A stretch of DNA of 64,000 nt from the NCBI GenBank assembly GCA_045546315.1, contig JAZQCN010000059.1, positions 136,510-200,509 of the forward strand, written 5' to 3'. Position numbers and translations under genes: made by a program. The notes under the pieces are model-generated. The model saw nothing but the letters and a program-made list of their open reading frames with translations, was not told where the DNA came from and made no database searches. This document shows, one piece after another, positions 25,642 to 35,483 of the stretch. This DNA comes from Clostridia bacterium (GTDB lineage: Bacteria > Bacillota > Clostridia > UBA1381 > UMGS1253). The stretch's first letter is position 1. Each line of letters opens with the position of its first letter.

Positions 25642-26463
25642 TTAACCAAAGATTTTCTTTGTTTTATGTTTGCTTTTGTGTACAAAAGCGGGCGCCATAC
25701 CGAAATACGCCTTGAAGGCTTTTGAGAATGCATACGCATCACAATAGCCGAGCGCTTCCGCTACCGATTTTACCTGTGCACCCTGCGTATAGAGCGTAGC
25801 ATATGCGTACTGCATTCGCTGTGCAGCTAAGTACGCGTGCGGCGTTTGTCCGGTATGCTTTTTAAAATAGGAAATAAAATATTTTTCGGACATATTCATT
25901 TTCGCTGCAAGTGCTGCTACGGAGGGTGCCTCAAGAAAATGGGCATCCATATACCGAAGAATCTGCTCTAAAGGCATTGTGGGCGCCTTTGGTGTTTCCT
26001 TCAGCGCAATCATACGCGCACACAGGCGCATTAGTGCAGCCTTTAAGCCAAATTGCGACATTGGTATACCCTCGTTTGCCGCCGCATACGCTGCTTCAAA
26101 ATCTAAAACCTCCGAACGAATCATCAAACCGTCCGTTTTTCCGCCGAGTGCAAAGCCGGCAAAAACATTTGGGTTTTCCTCTAAGCGCGCACGAAAATGC
26201 ACGAAAAGGAATTTGCATCCCTTACTGCCGCCGACAGCGCTGTACAAAACATCCGGCTCTAAAAAAAATACATCGCCTGCCGCAAGTGCATAAGTTTTCT
26301 TCTTATATGTAATACGCATACTGCCTTGCTGCACAATCCAGAAATCGCAGCTTGCCTTACTGCCGCGCTCACGCCAGTTTGCATCATGACTTACACAGCT
26401 GCACAACAGTATTTCAAAATCCGCGCTTTGCAGCGCAGTATCCAAAACAGAAAGTCCGTTCAT
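25642..26463 (-). CDS. AraC family transcriptional regulator (cupin sensor plus HTH)
   Basis: N-terminal cupin-like region and a C-terminal AraC HTH (MSEKYFISYFKKHTGQTPHAYL). Confidence 0.85.
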   Translation of the reverse strand: MNGLSVLDTALQSADFEILLCSCVSHDANWRERGSKASCDFWIVQQGSMRITYKKKTYALAAGDVFFLEPDVLYSAVGGSKGCKFLFVHFRARLEENPNVFAGFALGGKTDGLMIRSEVLDFEAAYAAANEGIPMSQFGLKAALMRLCARMIALKETPKAPTMPLEQILRYMDAHFLEAPSVAALAAKMNMSEKYFISYFKKHTGQTPHAYLAAQRMQYAYATLYTQGAQVKSVAEALGYCDAYAFSKAFKAYFGMAPAFVHKSKHKTKKIFG

Positions 26464-26610
26464 AAATACACCTCAAATTTATATTAGCATATCACATTTA
26501 AAAAGTAAATATAAAATATTACTTTTTAACATTATATTCTTACAATATCACATTTTATCTTATTTTTTAATATGTTATACTAAAGAAAAATAAACATTAT
26601 AGGTGATTTT

Positions 26611-28287
26611 ATGTTTGAATACGGTCTAAAAAGAAAAGCGACAACACAAGACTTGAACGGTACCTGGCTTTTTAAAGCTGACACCGAAAACGAAGGTATC
26701 CTTCAAGGATGGGAAAGCAATTTTCCGGGCGATGCAGCTACAATGGCTGTACCGTCCTGCTGGAATAATTACCCGGACTACTATGACTATGTCGGTGTAG
26801 GGTATTATAAAAAAGAGTTTTATGCAAAGCAAGGCAACGCACGCATCGTGTTTGAAGGCGTTTGTAATGCCTGCAGCGTTTATCTGGACGGCGAGCTTGT
26901 TTATTCGCACATTGGTGCGTATACGGCCTTCAGTATATACACCAATTTTGAAAAAAGCGGTCTGCACACGCTGGTCGTGCGCGCAGACTCTTTTGTAAAT
27001 GATACAGACACTGTGCCGAACGAAACGCGCGACTGGAAAATCTACGGCGGTATTATGCGTTCCGTATATATTACAAGTCTGCCGGACTTTTTTGTCGATC
27101 AGCTCCGCGTAAGCTATACACTTTCAGAGGATTTAACAAAAGCAGATGCCATTTTAACATTTACCGCCCACGGAAGCGGTTCAAAAACCTATACGCTGTA
27201 CGCTGACGGTGAAAAGCTTCAAAGCATTACTGTAACAGAAGGCAAAAATGAAATTTGTTTCAAATTAAACAATGTCCGACTCTGGAATGTGCTTGCGCCG
27301 CAGCTATATACCTTCACCCTTGAAAGCGATACTGACTCTACCTCTGTGCGCACGGGCTTTCGCAAGGTAAGCGTGCACGGCAGACGCATTTGCATCAATA
27401 ACAAGCCGGTTTACCTGCGCGGCGTAAACCGCCATGAGGACCATCCCGAATGGGGACACGCACTGCCACTGCACATTTCCAAAAAAGATATGGACATTAT
27501 CATAAATATGGGCTGTAATATGATTCGCGGTTCGCATTATCCAAACAGCCGAGCATTTTTAGACTTGTGCGATGAATACGGTATCCTGTTTTGGAGTGAG
27601 CTGCCGCTTTGGTACTATAAAGAGGTGCAGGCGTCCAATAACAATGTTGTAGATTGTATTTTAAAAATGGGGCGTGAAATGGTTTTGCAAAATTATAACC
27701 ATCCGTCCATTTTTACCTGGGGATTGCACAACGAATGTGAAACCTCGACCGAAGCCTTCCTTCATTTAACCGAAAAAATGGCTGCACAATACCGCGCAGA
27801 TGACCCATCGCGTCTGATTACCTACGCAAGTGATAAGGTCTTTGATGATATTTGCTTTAAGGTATGCGAATTTATCTGTGTCAACCGCTATCCGGGCTGG
27901 TACGGCGATGAAGTTGAAGAATGGGAGAGCTTTTTTGAGAAATTTAACGCCTATTTAAAAGCACAAAACATTCCGGACCTGCCAATTATGATCAGCGAAT
28001 TCGGTGGTGGCGGTATTTACGGGCAATCTAGCTTTGAAGCACCAAAGTGGAGCGAGCAATATCAATGTGAAATTTTAGAAAAATCCATAGAAATTTTCAG
28101 AAAGCATCCGGAGGTCGGCGGCATGATGATTTGGCAATACTGCGACATTCGCGTGCGCACGGCGCAGGCAATGAGCAGACCGCGCAGCTTCAATAACAAA
28201 GGTCTCGTCAACGAATACCGGCAACCGAAAATGGCTTATTACACGGCGAAAAAGCTGTACGAACAGATAGAAAAAGAAGAGGCATAA
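26611..28287 (+). CDS. glycoside hydrolase family 2 (beta-glucuronidase/beta-galactosidase-like)
   Basis: GVNRHEDHPEWG, IRGSHYPNS, WGLHNE (acid/base position) and ISEFGGGG (nucleophile position). Confidence 0.85.
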   Translation: MFEYGLKRKATTQDLNGTWLFKADTENEGILQGWESNFPGDAATMAVPSCWNNYPDYYDYVGVGYYKKEFYAKQGNARIVFEGVCNACSVYLDGELVYSHIGAYTAFSIYTNFEKSGLHTLVVRADSFVNDTDTVPNETRDWKIYGGIMRSVYITSLPDFFVDQLRVSYTLSEDLTKADAILTFTAHGSGSKTYTLYADGEKLQSITVTEGKNEICFKLNNVRLWNVLAPQLYTFTLESDTDSTSVRTGFRKVSVHGRRICINNKPVYLRGVNRHEDHPEWGHALPLHISKKDMDIIINMGCNMIRGSHYPNSRAFLDLCDEYGILFWSELPLWYYKEVQASNNNVVDCILKMGREMVLQNYNHPSIFTWGLHNECETSTEAFLHLTEKMAAQYRADDPSRLITYASDKVFDDICFKVCEFICVNRYPGWYGDEVEEWESFFEKFNAYLKAQNIPDLPIMISEFGGGGIYGQSSFEAPKWSEQYQCEILEKSIEIFRKHPEVGGMMIWQYCDIRVRTAQAMSRPRSFNNKGLVNEYRQPKMAYYTAKKLYEQIEKEEA

Positions 28288-28290
28288 TAT

Positions 28291-28325
28291 AAAAAGAAGG
28301 TTGATTAAAATCAACCTTCTTTTTC
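28291..28325. terminator. bidirectional terminator (GH2 / trmB), overlapping the trmB 3' end
   Basis: aaaaagaaggttga-ttaaaa-tcaaccttcttttt. Confidence 0.7.
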
Positions 28326-28982
28326 TTCCGTATGTACTTTTTTCTTTAATTTTACCTCACAGCGGTTAATCGGAAAGCCCTTTGCAGAGAAATTGTCCTC
28401 ATATTCCGTATGCACATTATCCTTTTCATATTCGCTGTTATGTAAATCATAGGTCAGTGCGCTGATTTCCGCTTCGACAATTGCAAATTCCTCTAAAGAA
28501 AAATCGAAAAGCGGGCGGTTGTCTGTTTTAAAATGCAGCGCACCGTTCTCTGAAAGCACGACAGCGTATTTTTCAAGGAAGCTTCGATAAGTTAAGCGGC
28601 GCTTTGCCTGCCTTGCTTTTTTCCAGGGGTCGCTGAAATTTAAGTAAATACGGTCAATTTCACCTTCCTCGAATACCTCGCAGATATCCTTAGCGTCAAA
28701 ATTGATAAAACGCACATTCGTAACGCCTGCCGCCTTTACCTTCTCCATCGCAATGATGATAACATCTAAACAAACCTCAACGGCAACATAGTTAATATCC
28801 GGGTTTTTCTTGGCAGTTTCCGTTATAAATTTACCTTTTCCGCATCCAATTTCCAGGTGAATCGGGTTTTGATTGCCGAAAAACTCGTGCCATTTACCCT
28901 TCATCGAAAACGGCTCCGTTACCGCAATATCTATATTTCTTTCAAACCGCACATCGCGGTTTTTCTTTCTTCTCATTCTCAT
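28311..28982 (-). CDS. trmB: tRNA (guanine-N7)-methyltransferase
   Basis: LEIGCGKGKF SAM motif and NFSDPWKKARQAKRRL. ATG 28982 lies 9 nt after GGAG. Confidence 0.85.
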   Translation of the reverse strand: MRMRRKKNRDVRFERNIDIAVTEPFSMKGKWHEFFGNQNPIHLEIGCGKGKFITETAKKNPDINYVAVEVCLDVIIIAMEKVKAAGVTNVRFINFDAKDICEVFEEGEIDRIYLNFSDPWKKARQAKRRLTYRSFLEKYAVVLSENGALHFKTDNRPLFDFSLEEFAIVEAEISALTYDLHNSEYEKDNVHTEYEDNFSAKGFPINRCEVKLKKKVHTEEKEG

Positions 28983-28994
28983 AATGTTTTTCTC

Positions 28995-29023
28995 CAAAAA
29001 GCAGGGCGAACATTGTTCGCCCT
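28995..29023 (-). terminator. rho-independent terminator after serS
   Basis: agggcgaaca-ttg-ttcgccct hairpin, then TGCTTTTTGG on the minus strand. Confidence 0.7.
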
Positions 29024-29036
29024 TTATTTTATCAAA

Positions 29037-30317
29037 TTATCTGATTTCCGTCATGCCGCCCATATATGGGGAAAGTGCTTTCGGAATCGCAACAGAGCCA
29101 TCCTCACGCAGGTTGTTTTCCAAAAATGCAATCAACATACGCGGCGGTGCAACAACCGTGTTGTTCAAGGTGTGCGGGAAGTAGTTACCCGTCTCCTTAT
29201 TCTTAACGCGGATACCCAAACGGCGTGCCTGCGCATCGCCGAGATTCGAGCAGCTGCCAACCTCAAAATACTTCTGCTGACGCGGCGACCAAGCCTCAAC
29301 ATCGATACTCTTTACCTTCAGGTCAGCCAAATCACCGGAGCAGCACTCCAATGTACGCACCGGAATATCCAGCGTTCTGAAGAAATCAACGGTGTTATTG
29401 TAAAGCTTTTCAAACCATTCCGGACTCTCCTCCGGCTTACATACAACAACCATTTCCTGCTTTTCAAACTGATGAATTCGATATACACCGCGCTCTTCAA
29501 TGCCGTGTGCACCGACTTCCTTTCTAAAGCACGGCGAATAGCTTGTCAGTGCCTGCGGCAGCTCTTCTTCCTCGAGAGCGGTATCGATAAACTTACCAAT
29601 CATCGAGTGCTCACTTGTACCGATTAAGTACAAATCCTCACCCTCGATTTTATACATCATATTTTCCATTTCCGCAAAGCTCATAACGCCTGTTACAACA
29701 TTACTTCTAATCATAAACGGCGGAATGTAGTAAGTAAAGCCACGGTCAATCATAAAGTCGCGTGCATACGACAAAATTGCAGAATGCAGGCGCGCAATAT
29801 TGCCCTTTAAGTAGTAGAAGCCGTTACCGCTGGTGCGGCGCGCGCTGTCTAAATCAATGCCGTTTAAGCTTTCCATAATATCTACGTGGTACGGCACTTC
29901 AAACGCAGGCACGACCGGCTCACCATAGCGCTGAACCTCCACATTTTCGCTGTCATCCTTACCAATCGGCACAGAATCGTCGATAATATTCGGGATTACA
30001 AGCATACGCTCGCGGATTTGCTCTTCAAGCACGGTAATTTTTTCTTCCAGCTCAGCCAGCTCACCAGCCATATCGCTGACCTGCTTTTTGGTCTGCTCAG
30101 CTTCCTCGCGCTTACCCTGCGCCATCAGTGCACCAATCTGCTTGCTGATAGAATTTCTTTGGCTTCTTAAGTAATCACAGCGCTGTTTAGCCTCTCTAAA
30201 CTGCTTGTCAAACTCAATTACCTCATCTACAAGCACAAGCTTTTCATCCTGAAACTTCTTTTTGATGTTCTCCTTAACCAGTTCAGGGTTTGTTCTGATT
30301 AATTTCATGTCAATCAT
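29037..30317 (-). CDS. serS: serine--tRNA ligase
   Basis: MIDMKLIRTNPE N-terminus, coiled-coil arm, class II motifs FRKEVGAHG and GTSEHS. Confidence 0.95.
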   Translation of the reverse strand: MIDMKLIRTNPELVKENIKKKFQDEKLVLVDEVIEFDKQFREAKQRCDYLRSQRNSISKQIGALMAQGKREEAEQTKKQVSDMAGELAELEEKITVLEEQIRERMLVIPNIIDDSVPIGKDDSENVEVQRYGEPVVPAFEVPYHVDIMESLNGIDLDSARRTSGNGFYYLKGNIARLHSAILSYARDFMIDRGFTYYIPPFMIRSNVVTGVMSFAEMENMMYKIEGEDLYLIGTSEHSMIGKFIDTALEEEELPQALTSYSPCFRKEVGAHGIEERGVYRIHQFEKQEMVVVCKPEESPEWFEKLYNNTVDFFRTLDIPVRTLECCSGDLADLKVKSIDVEAWSPRQQKYFEVGSCSNLGDAQARRLGIRVKNKETGNYFPHTLNNTVVAPPRMLIAFLENNLREDGSVAIPKALSPYMGGMTEIR

Positions 30318-30350
30318 GTCTGTACATTCCTTTCCCCTATGTAAATATTA

Positions 30351-30785
30351 TTAATAATCCTCTATCGATCGCTTTACCCTTCTATATAAAGTTGGGATGC
30401 GTTCTTCAATTTGTTCTTCTGTAAGCTCACCAAGCAGCTTTTCCATTGCTTCAACATCGCCGTCAGCATAAGCCTGGTACAGCTTTGCAACCTTCTCCTT
30501 TACAGCCTGCTCCTCATTAATTTTTGCTTCCAATGCACTCGCATTTTCAACTGTAGCTGCGTGCTCCTGCTTTAAAGCATTTAGTTCTGTTGAAAGCTGC
30601 ACATTTTCATTCTGCAAATTCTTGATTTTTTGCTCCGATGTTGCCATCAATGTACCCATTACACTCAAATTGCCGTTATCATCTACAATTTTTGTCTGCA
30701 TAAAAGTAGTAATGATAATTAACACAATTGCAATTGAAAACAAGACACCGGTATAAATCCATAAAGCCTTTGTACTTTTCTTCAT
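30351..30785 (-). CDS. membrane-anchored coiled-coil protein, unknown function
   Basis: N-terminal TM helix followed by a heptad-rich region (KIKNLQNENVQLSTELNALKQEH). Confidence 0.6.
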   Translation of the reverse strand: MKKSTKALWIYTGVLFSIAIVLIIITTFMQTKIVDDNGNLSVMGTLMATSEQKIKNLQNENVQLSTELNALKQEHAATVENASALEAKINEEQAVKEKVAKLYQAYADGDVEAMEKLLGELTEEQIEERIPTLYRRVKRSIEDY

Positions 30786-30803
30786 TTAGTATCTCCCTCT
30801 GTG

Positions 30804-31307
30804 TTACTTAATTTTACTTTCATAATTTTGCTTGGCATAAGCAATTACGCACTCCTCTTCCTCAGAAAGAGCAATCGTACTTTTGCCCTGCACAATCGGC
30901 TTTAGATATGTGTTCGAAATGTCTCTGCCGAAAATACCACTTACAACAAAGCCGGAATCTTTTTCATCCAATATCGCAAAGCTGTAGCTCAATTGATTAG
31001 ACATTGTGTCAAACGCATCATAGCGCAAATAACCGATTTTCATCCGTCCGGCAGTGCTCCTGCTTTCCATTCTTTCAATTTCTGCCAAATTCTCATGGAC
31101 CTGTTTTGTAAGTTCATCTAACTTATTATAATACAAAACAATCGTCTCGTCCAGCTTTCCGTTAGAACAATTTTTTAAAATTCGTTTTATTTTTCTGTTA
31201 TGATACACCGTTGTTCGAATTATTACAATTAAAGCAATAACTAAAACTATATCGACTGCTACCAAAGCATAAATTACATTCGTAATGTCTGAAAAAAATG
31301 CTGTCAA
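30804..31307 (-). CDS. DUF4446-like membrane protein (commonly next to parB in Firmicutes)
   Basis: N-terminal TM helix and IGYLRYDAFDTMSNQLSYSFAILDEKDSGFVVSGIFGRD. The family assignment is from memory of the family pattern. Confidence 0.6.
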   Translation of the reverse strand: MTAFFSDITNVIYALVAVDIVLVIALIVIIRTTVYHNRKIKRILKNCSNGKLDETIVLYYNKLDELTKQVHENLAEIERMESRSTAGRMKIGYLRYDAFDTMSNQLSYSFAILDEKDSGFVVSGIFGRDISNTYLKPIVQGKSTIALSEEEECVIAYAKQNYESKIK

Positions 31308-31461
31308 GATGATTTTTCACTTCCTTTTTTACTCAAATTTACAACTTGCCGTAAATCGGCTCTAAAATGCGCTGTATTAAAAAATGGGGTAAAAATATAA
31401 ATCTACATAGTTAGGTTTCATAAAATTGAATATAGAGCATCCATTTTTTAACATATTTTGT

Positions 31462-32343
31462 CTATAATTGTAATAATTTAAGAATTCTTTCCAAATCATC
31501 GCCGCCGTAGTATTCGATTTCTATTTTACCCTTTTTTGCACCATTTATAATTTGAACTTTCGTACCAAGCTTATTTCCAATGCTTTTTTGAAGCTGTGCA
31601 AGTTCAATATCTAATGCTGAAGGTTTATCCTTTGTCTTTTTTTCTTTTTTCGCCTTCGGTAAAATTTTAGCAAGCGCCTCCGCCTGTCTTACACTCAGCT
31701 GCTCTTCTACAATTTTTTCTGCTAAAATTATCTGCAGTTCTTCTGTCGGTAAAGAGAGCACTGCACGCGCGTGCCCACCGGAAAGGTTTCCGTCTTCCAA
31801 AAGCTTTAATACAGCTTCGGGTAAGCTTAATAAGCGCAATGCATTTGCAATTGCAGGACGGCTTTTACCGACACGCTGCGCGATTTTTTCCTGTGTTAAA
31901 TTAAATTCATCCATCAACTGTCTGTATCCAAGTGCTTCTTCTACCGGATTTAAGTTTTCGCGTTGCAAGTTTTCAATTAAAGCAACTTCCATAACTGTTT
32001 GTTCATCATAAGAACGCACAATAGCCGGAATTTCTTTAATTTTTGCCATACGAGATGCACGCCAACGGCGCTCACCTGCAATAATCTGATACTGACCGTT
32101 GCCGATTTCCTGCACCAAAATTGGTTGAATTACACCATGCTCACGAATAGAATCTGCCAATGCAGCAAGCTTTTCTTCGTCAAATGCCTTTCTCGGCTGC
32201 TCACGGTTTGGCTCTACTTGCGAAAGCTTCAGCATAATTACTTTATCAGCAGCGTCTTTTTCAGGAAGACTCGGCGATACAACCGGATTCGAATCATCCG
32301 TAAAAAGTGCACCCAGGCCCTTACCTAAGCCGCGTTTTGCCAT
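31462..32343 (-). CDS. parB: ParB/Spo0J chromosome partitioning protein
   Basis: GLGKGLGALF, IAGERRWRA and a HTH region. Confidence 0.93.
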   Translation of the reverse strand: MAKRGLGKGLGALFTDDSNPVVSPSLPEKDAADKVIMLKLSQVEPNREQPRKAFDEEKLAALADSIREHGVIQPILVQEIGNGQYQIIAGERRWRASRMAKIKEIPAIVRSYDEQTVMEVALIENLQRENLNPVEEALGYRQLMDEFNLTQEKIAQRVGKSRPAIANALRLLSLPEAVLKLLEDGNLSGGHARAVLSLPTEELQIILAEKIVEEQLSVRQAEALAKILPKAKKEKKTKDKPSALDIELAQLQKSIGNKLGTKVQIINGAKKGKIEIEYYGGDDLERILKLLQL

Positions 32344-32360
32344 AATATATCTCTCCTAAA

Positions 32361-33125
32361 CTATTTATTTGCTTTAATTACCTCATTTGCAAGCGCAACA
32401 TACGCATCTGCACCCTTTGAGGTTATATCATAGGTTATAATAGATTCACCGAAGCTCGGCGCTTCGCTGATTCTGATATTTCTTGGTATTGTCGTTTCAT
32501 AAAGCTCATCCGGGAAGAATTTTTTCAATTCATCCAACACCTGCTGCGATAAATTTGTTCTTACATCAAACATTGTCGCTAATACACCTTCTATTTTCAG
32601 CTGCGGATTTAAGCTCTTTTTTACCTGCTTAATTGTTGCTGTCAGCTGCGAAAGCCCTTCCAGAGCAAAATACTCACACTGAATTGGAATTAATATAGAA
32701 TCTGCACAGGTAAAAGCATTTAAAGTAATTAAACCAAGTGATGGCGGACAATCTATTACAATAAAGTCGTAATTCTTTTTTATCTTTTCAAAGCAAGTTT
32801 TTAAACGATATTCCCTGTTTTCAAGCGAAACTAATTCAATTTCTGCACCGGCAAGCGAAATATTCGAAGGAATACAGTCTAAATTCTTTTGCTGTGTCTT
32901 TATAATAGCTTCCTTTGCCGGCGTTTCATTAATTAAACAGTCATAAACCGATGCATCAACTTCAAATTTATTTATACCAATACCACTGGTCGCATTACCC
33001 TGCGGGTCTGTGTCGACCAATAATACCTTTTTTTTACGAAATGCAAGCGCTGCAGCCAGATTTACGGCGGTTGTTGTCTTACCGACGCCACCCTTCTGAT
33101 TTGCAATTGCTATGATTTTTCCCAT
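32361..33125 (-). CDS. parA: ParA/Soj partitioning ATPase
   Basis: MGKIIAIANQKGGVGKTTTAVNL deviant Walker A. Trimmed to ATG 33125. Confidence 0.93.
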   Translation of the reverse strand: MGKIIAIANQKGGVGKTTTAVNLAAALAFRKKKVLLVDTDPQGNATSGIGINKFEVDASVYDCLINETPAKEAIIKTQQKNLDCIPSNISLAGAEIELVSLENREYRLKTCFEKIKKNYDFIVIDCPPSLGLITLNAFTCADSILIPIQCEYFALEGLSQLTATIKQVKKSLNPQLKIEGVLATMFDVRTNLSQQVLDELKKFFPDELYETTIPRNIRISEAPSFGESIITYDITSKGADAYVALANEVIKANK

Positions 33126-33195
33126 AAAAATCACCTTTCATAGAGATTTTACTCTATTATTTTAACACATAATGTCGATATAGTAAAGAAAAAAG

Positions 33196-33211
33196 TGTTT
33201 CACGTGAAACA
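33196..33211. promoter_or_regulatory. parS site (perfect 16-mer)
   Basis: tgtttcacgtgaaaca matches the Firmicute parS consensus TGTTNCACGTGAAACA. Confidence 0.9.
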
Positions 33212-33237
33212 CTTTTTGAATTTTATATAACCATATA

Positions 33238-33275
33238 TAAAAAGGAATGTTTCACGTGAAACATTCCTTTTTAAT
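33238..33275 (-). terminator. rho-independent terminator after gyrB (the stem contains parS)
   Basis: The extended palindrome starts directly after the gyrB stop, with a T-run on the minus strand. Confidence 0.7.
33248..33263. promoter_or_regulatory. parS site (perfect 16-mer) embedded in the gyrB terminator stem
   Basis: tgtttcacgtgaaaca sits inside the extended palindrome aaaaggaatgtttcacgtgaaacattcctttt (33240-33271). Confidence 0.9.
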
Positions 33276-35201
33276 TTAGATATCCAGATTCATTACAGAT
33301 GCAGCATTTTGTTCAATAAACTCACGGCGCGGCTCAACATTATCACCCATAAGGATTGTAAACATTTCATCCGCTACAACCGCATCATCTAAGGTTACAC
33401 GAAGCATAGTACGCTTTTCCGGGTCCATTGTGGTCTCCCAAAGCTGTGTATGCGACATTTCACCAAGACCTTTATAACGCTGTACATCGCATTTTCCGCC
33501 CATTTCTTCGATAATACTCTGCATTTCACTATCGCTGTAGGCATATTTTACATTTTTACCCTTCCAGATTTTAAACAGCGGCGGCTGCGCAAGATATACA
33601 TAACCACCGTCGATTAACGGTCGCATATGTCTGAAGAAGAAGGTAAGCAGAAGTGTGCGAATGTGCGAGCCGTCAACATCGGCATCGGCCATAATTATTA
33701 CCTTATGGTATTTCAGCTTGCTTACATCAAATTCATCACCAATACCGGCACCGAGCGCCATAATAATCGGCAGAAGCTTTTCATTGCCGTAAACCTTATC
33801 TAAACGCGCTTTTTCAACATTTAACATTTTACCCCAAAGCGGCAGAATTGCTTGGAAGCTTCTATCTCTGCCCTGCTTTGCACTACCACCCGCAGAGTCA
33901 CCCTCTACGATGTAGATTTCATTCTTTGTCGGATCCTTACCGGAGCACTTAGCCAGCTTACCCAAAAGGCTGGAATCGCCATTACTGGTTGCTTTTCTTG
34001 TATTTTCTCTTGCCTTTCTTGCCGCCTCGCGCGCTTTGCATGCCAAAAGTGCCTTTTCCATAATCATGCGCGCTGTGCCCGGATTTTCCTCTAAGAAATC
34101 TGCAAACTTATCACTGACTGTCTTATCAACAATACCTCTGAATTCAGAATTACCAAGCTTAGTCTTTGTCTGGCCTTCAAACTGCGGCTCAGCGACCTTT
34201 ACACTGATAATCGCAGTAAGACCTTCACGCACATCTTCACCGGAAAGCGTTAAATCCTTATCTTTTTCTTTAATTAAATTGTATTTTTTAATATATTCAT
34301 TAAATACTCTTGTAATTGCAGTTTTAAAACCAACCTCATGCGTACCGCCTTCGGTTGTTTTAATATCATTTGCAAAGGAAACAAGTACTTCGCTGTAGTT
34401 ATCCGTATACTGCATTGCGATTTCTACATACGAATCACCCTTACTGCCGTCAAAATAAATGACATCATCGTGAATTGCAACTTTATTCTGATTTAAGTAT
34501 TCTACATATTCACGAATACCGCCCTCATAATACAGATTATTCTCAACAATCTCTTCACCGCGCTTATCAATAAAATCAATACGCACGCCACCGTTTAAGA
34601 ATGCCTGTTCACGAAGACGCTGTAAAAGTACATCATATTCGTATTCTACAGTTTCAAAAATTGTATCGTCAGCCTTCCAGGTAACCTTTGTACCCTTCGC
34701 ACCCTCCGGTGCCTTACCAATTACCTTTGCAGGTGCACAGCTCTTGCCGCGCTCAAACTTCTGATAATATATTTCACCGTCGTGAATAACTTCAACCTCT
34801 AAATATTCGGAAAGCGCATTAACAACAGACGAACCAACGCCGTGCAAACCACCGGAAACCTTGTATCCGCCGCCGCCAAACTTACCGCCGGCATGCAAAA
34901 TCGTAAATACAACCTCCAAAGTTGAAATACCCATCTTTGGATGAATGCCGACCGGAATACCGCGGCCGTCATCCGTTACGCTGACAATATTATCCGGCAA
35001 AATTTCTACTATAATATTTCTACAGTAGCCTGCCAGCGCTTCGTCAATCGCATTATCTACAATTTCATATACCAAGTGATGCAGACCTCTTACCGAAGTA
35101 GAACCGATATACATACCCGGTCTTTTTCTTACGGCCTCCAGGCCTTCCAGGACTTGAATATTACTTTCGTCATACCCGGAATTTACTTTCGTTTCTTCCA
35201 T
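33276..35201 (-). CDS. gyrB: DNA gyrase subunit B
   Basis: [39 protein letters not shown] and [12 protein letters not shown]. Confidence 0.98.
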   Translation of the reverse strand: MEETKVNSGYDESNIQVLEGLEAVRKRPGMYIGSTSVRGLHHLVYEIVDNAIDEALAGYCRNIIVEILPDNIVSVTDDGRGIPVGIHPKMGISTLEVVFTILHAGGKFGGGGYKVSGGLHGVGSSVVNALSEYLEVEVIHDGEIYYQKFERGKSCAPAKVIGKAPEGAKGTKVTWKADDTIFETVEYEYDVLLQRLREQAFLNGGVRIDFIDKRGEEIVENNLYYEGGIREYVEYLNQNKVAIHDDVIYFDGSKGDSYVEIAMQYTDNYSEVLVSFANDIKTTEGGTHEVGFKTAITRVFNEYIKKYNLIKEKDKDLTLSGEDVREGLTAIISVKVAEPQFEGQTKTKLGNSEFRGIVDKTVSDKFADFLEENPGTARMIMEKALLACKAREAARKARENTRKATSNGDSSLLGKLAKCSGKDPTKNEIYIVEGDSAGGSAKQGRDRSFQAILPLWGKMLNVEKARLDKVYGNEKLLPIIMALGAGIGDEFDVSKLKYHKVIIMADADVDGSHIRTLLLTFFFRHMRPLIDGGYVYLAQPPLFKIWKGKNVKYAYSDSEMQSIIEEMGGKCDVQRYKGLGEMSHTQLWETTMDPEKRTMLRVTLDDAVVADEMFTILMGDNVEPRREFIEQNAASVMNLDI

Positions 35202-35218
35202 ATTTTACCTTTCCTTTC

Positions 35219-35482
35219 TTATTTCCAACTACTTTCCTGCGAACGCTTATGCAGCGTTTGCGCAGAAATCGGTGAAACATAAACCTTGTAGTTTTCCATG
35301 TTACCACATAAAATATAACTTTTCGGCAAGTCACCAATGCTTACATCAACAACCCTGCCGCTTTTTTGCGCAATTTCTAAAAACTTTTGTGTCCTTTTAG
35401 ATATACTTGTCGTTTCCAAATCCAAAATTGCTATAATGTCTTTTTTTAAAACAACAGTATCAGAACCTAAATGCAAGAACAT
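35219..35482 (-). CDS. DUF370 / RemB-like small protein
   Basis: 87 aa at the conserved position between recF and gyrB. FLHLGSDTVVLKKDIIAILDLE. Confidence 0.7.
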   Translation of the reverse strand: MFLHLGSDTVVLKKDIIAILDLETTSISKRTQKFLEIAQKSGRVVDVSIGDLPKSYILCGNMENYKVYVSPISAQTLHKRSQESSWK

Positions 35483-35483
35483 C

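Noticed and set aside
28857-29627. 256-aa plus-strand ORF.
   Set aside because: It is antisense across the trmB start, the serS terminator and the serS 3' half. The serS and trmB calls are unambiguous.
30318-30350. Expected T-box leader upstream of serS.
   Set aside because: Only 33 nt separate serS from the upstream gene, which leaves no room for a T-box. None is claimed.
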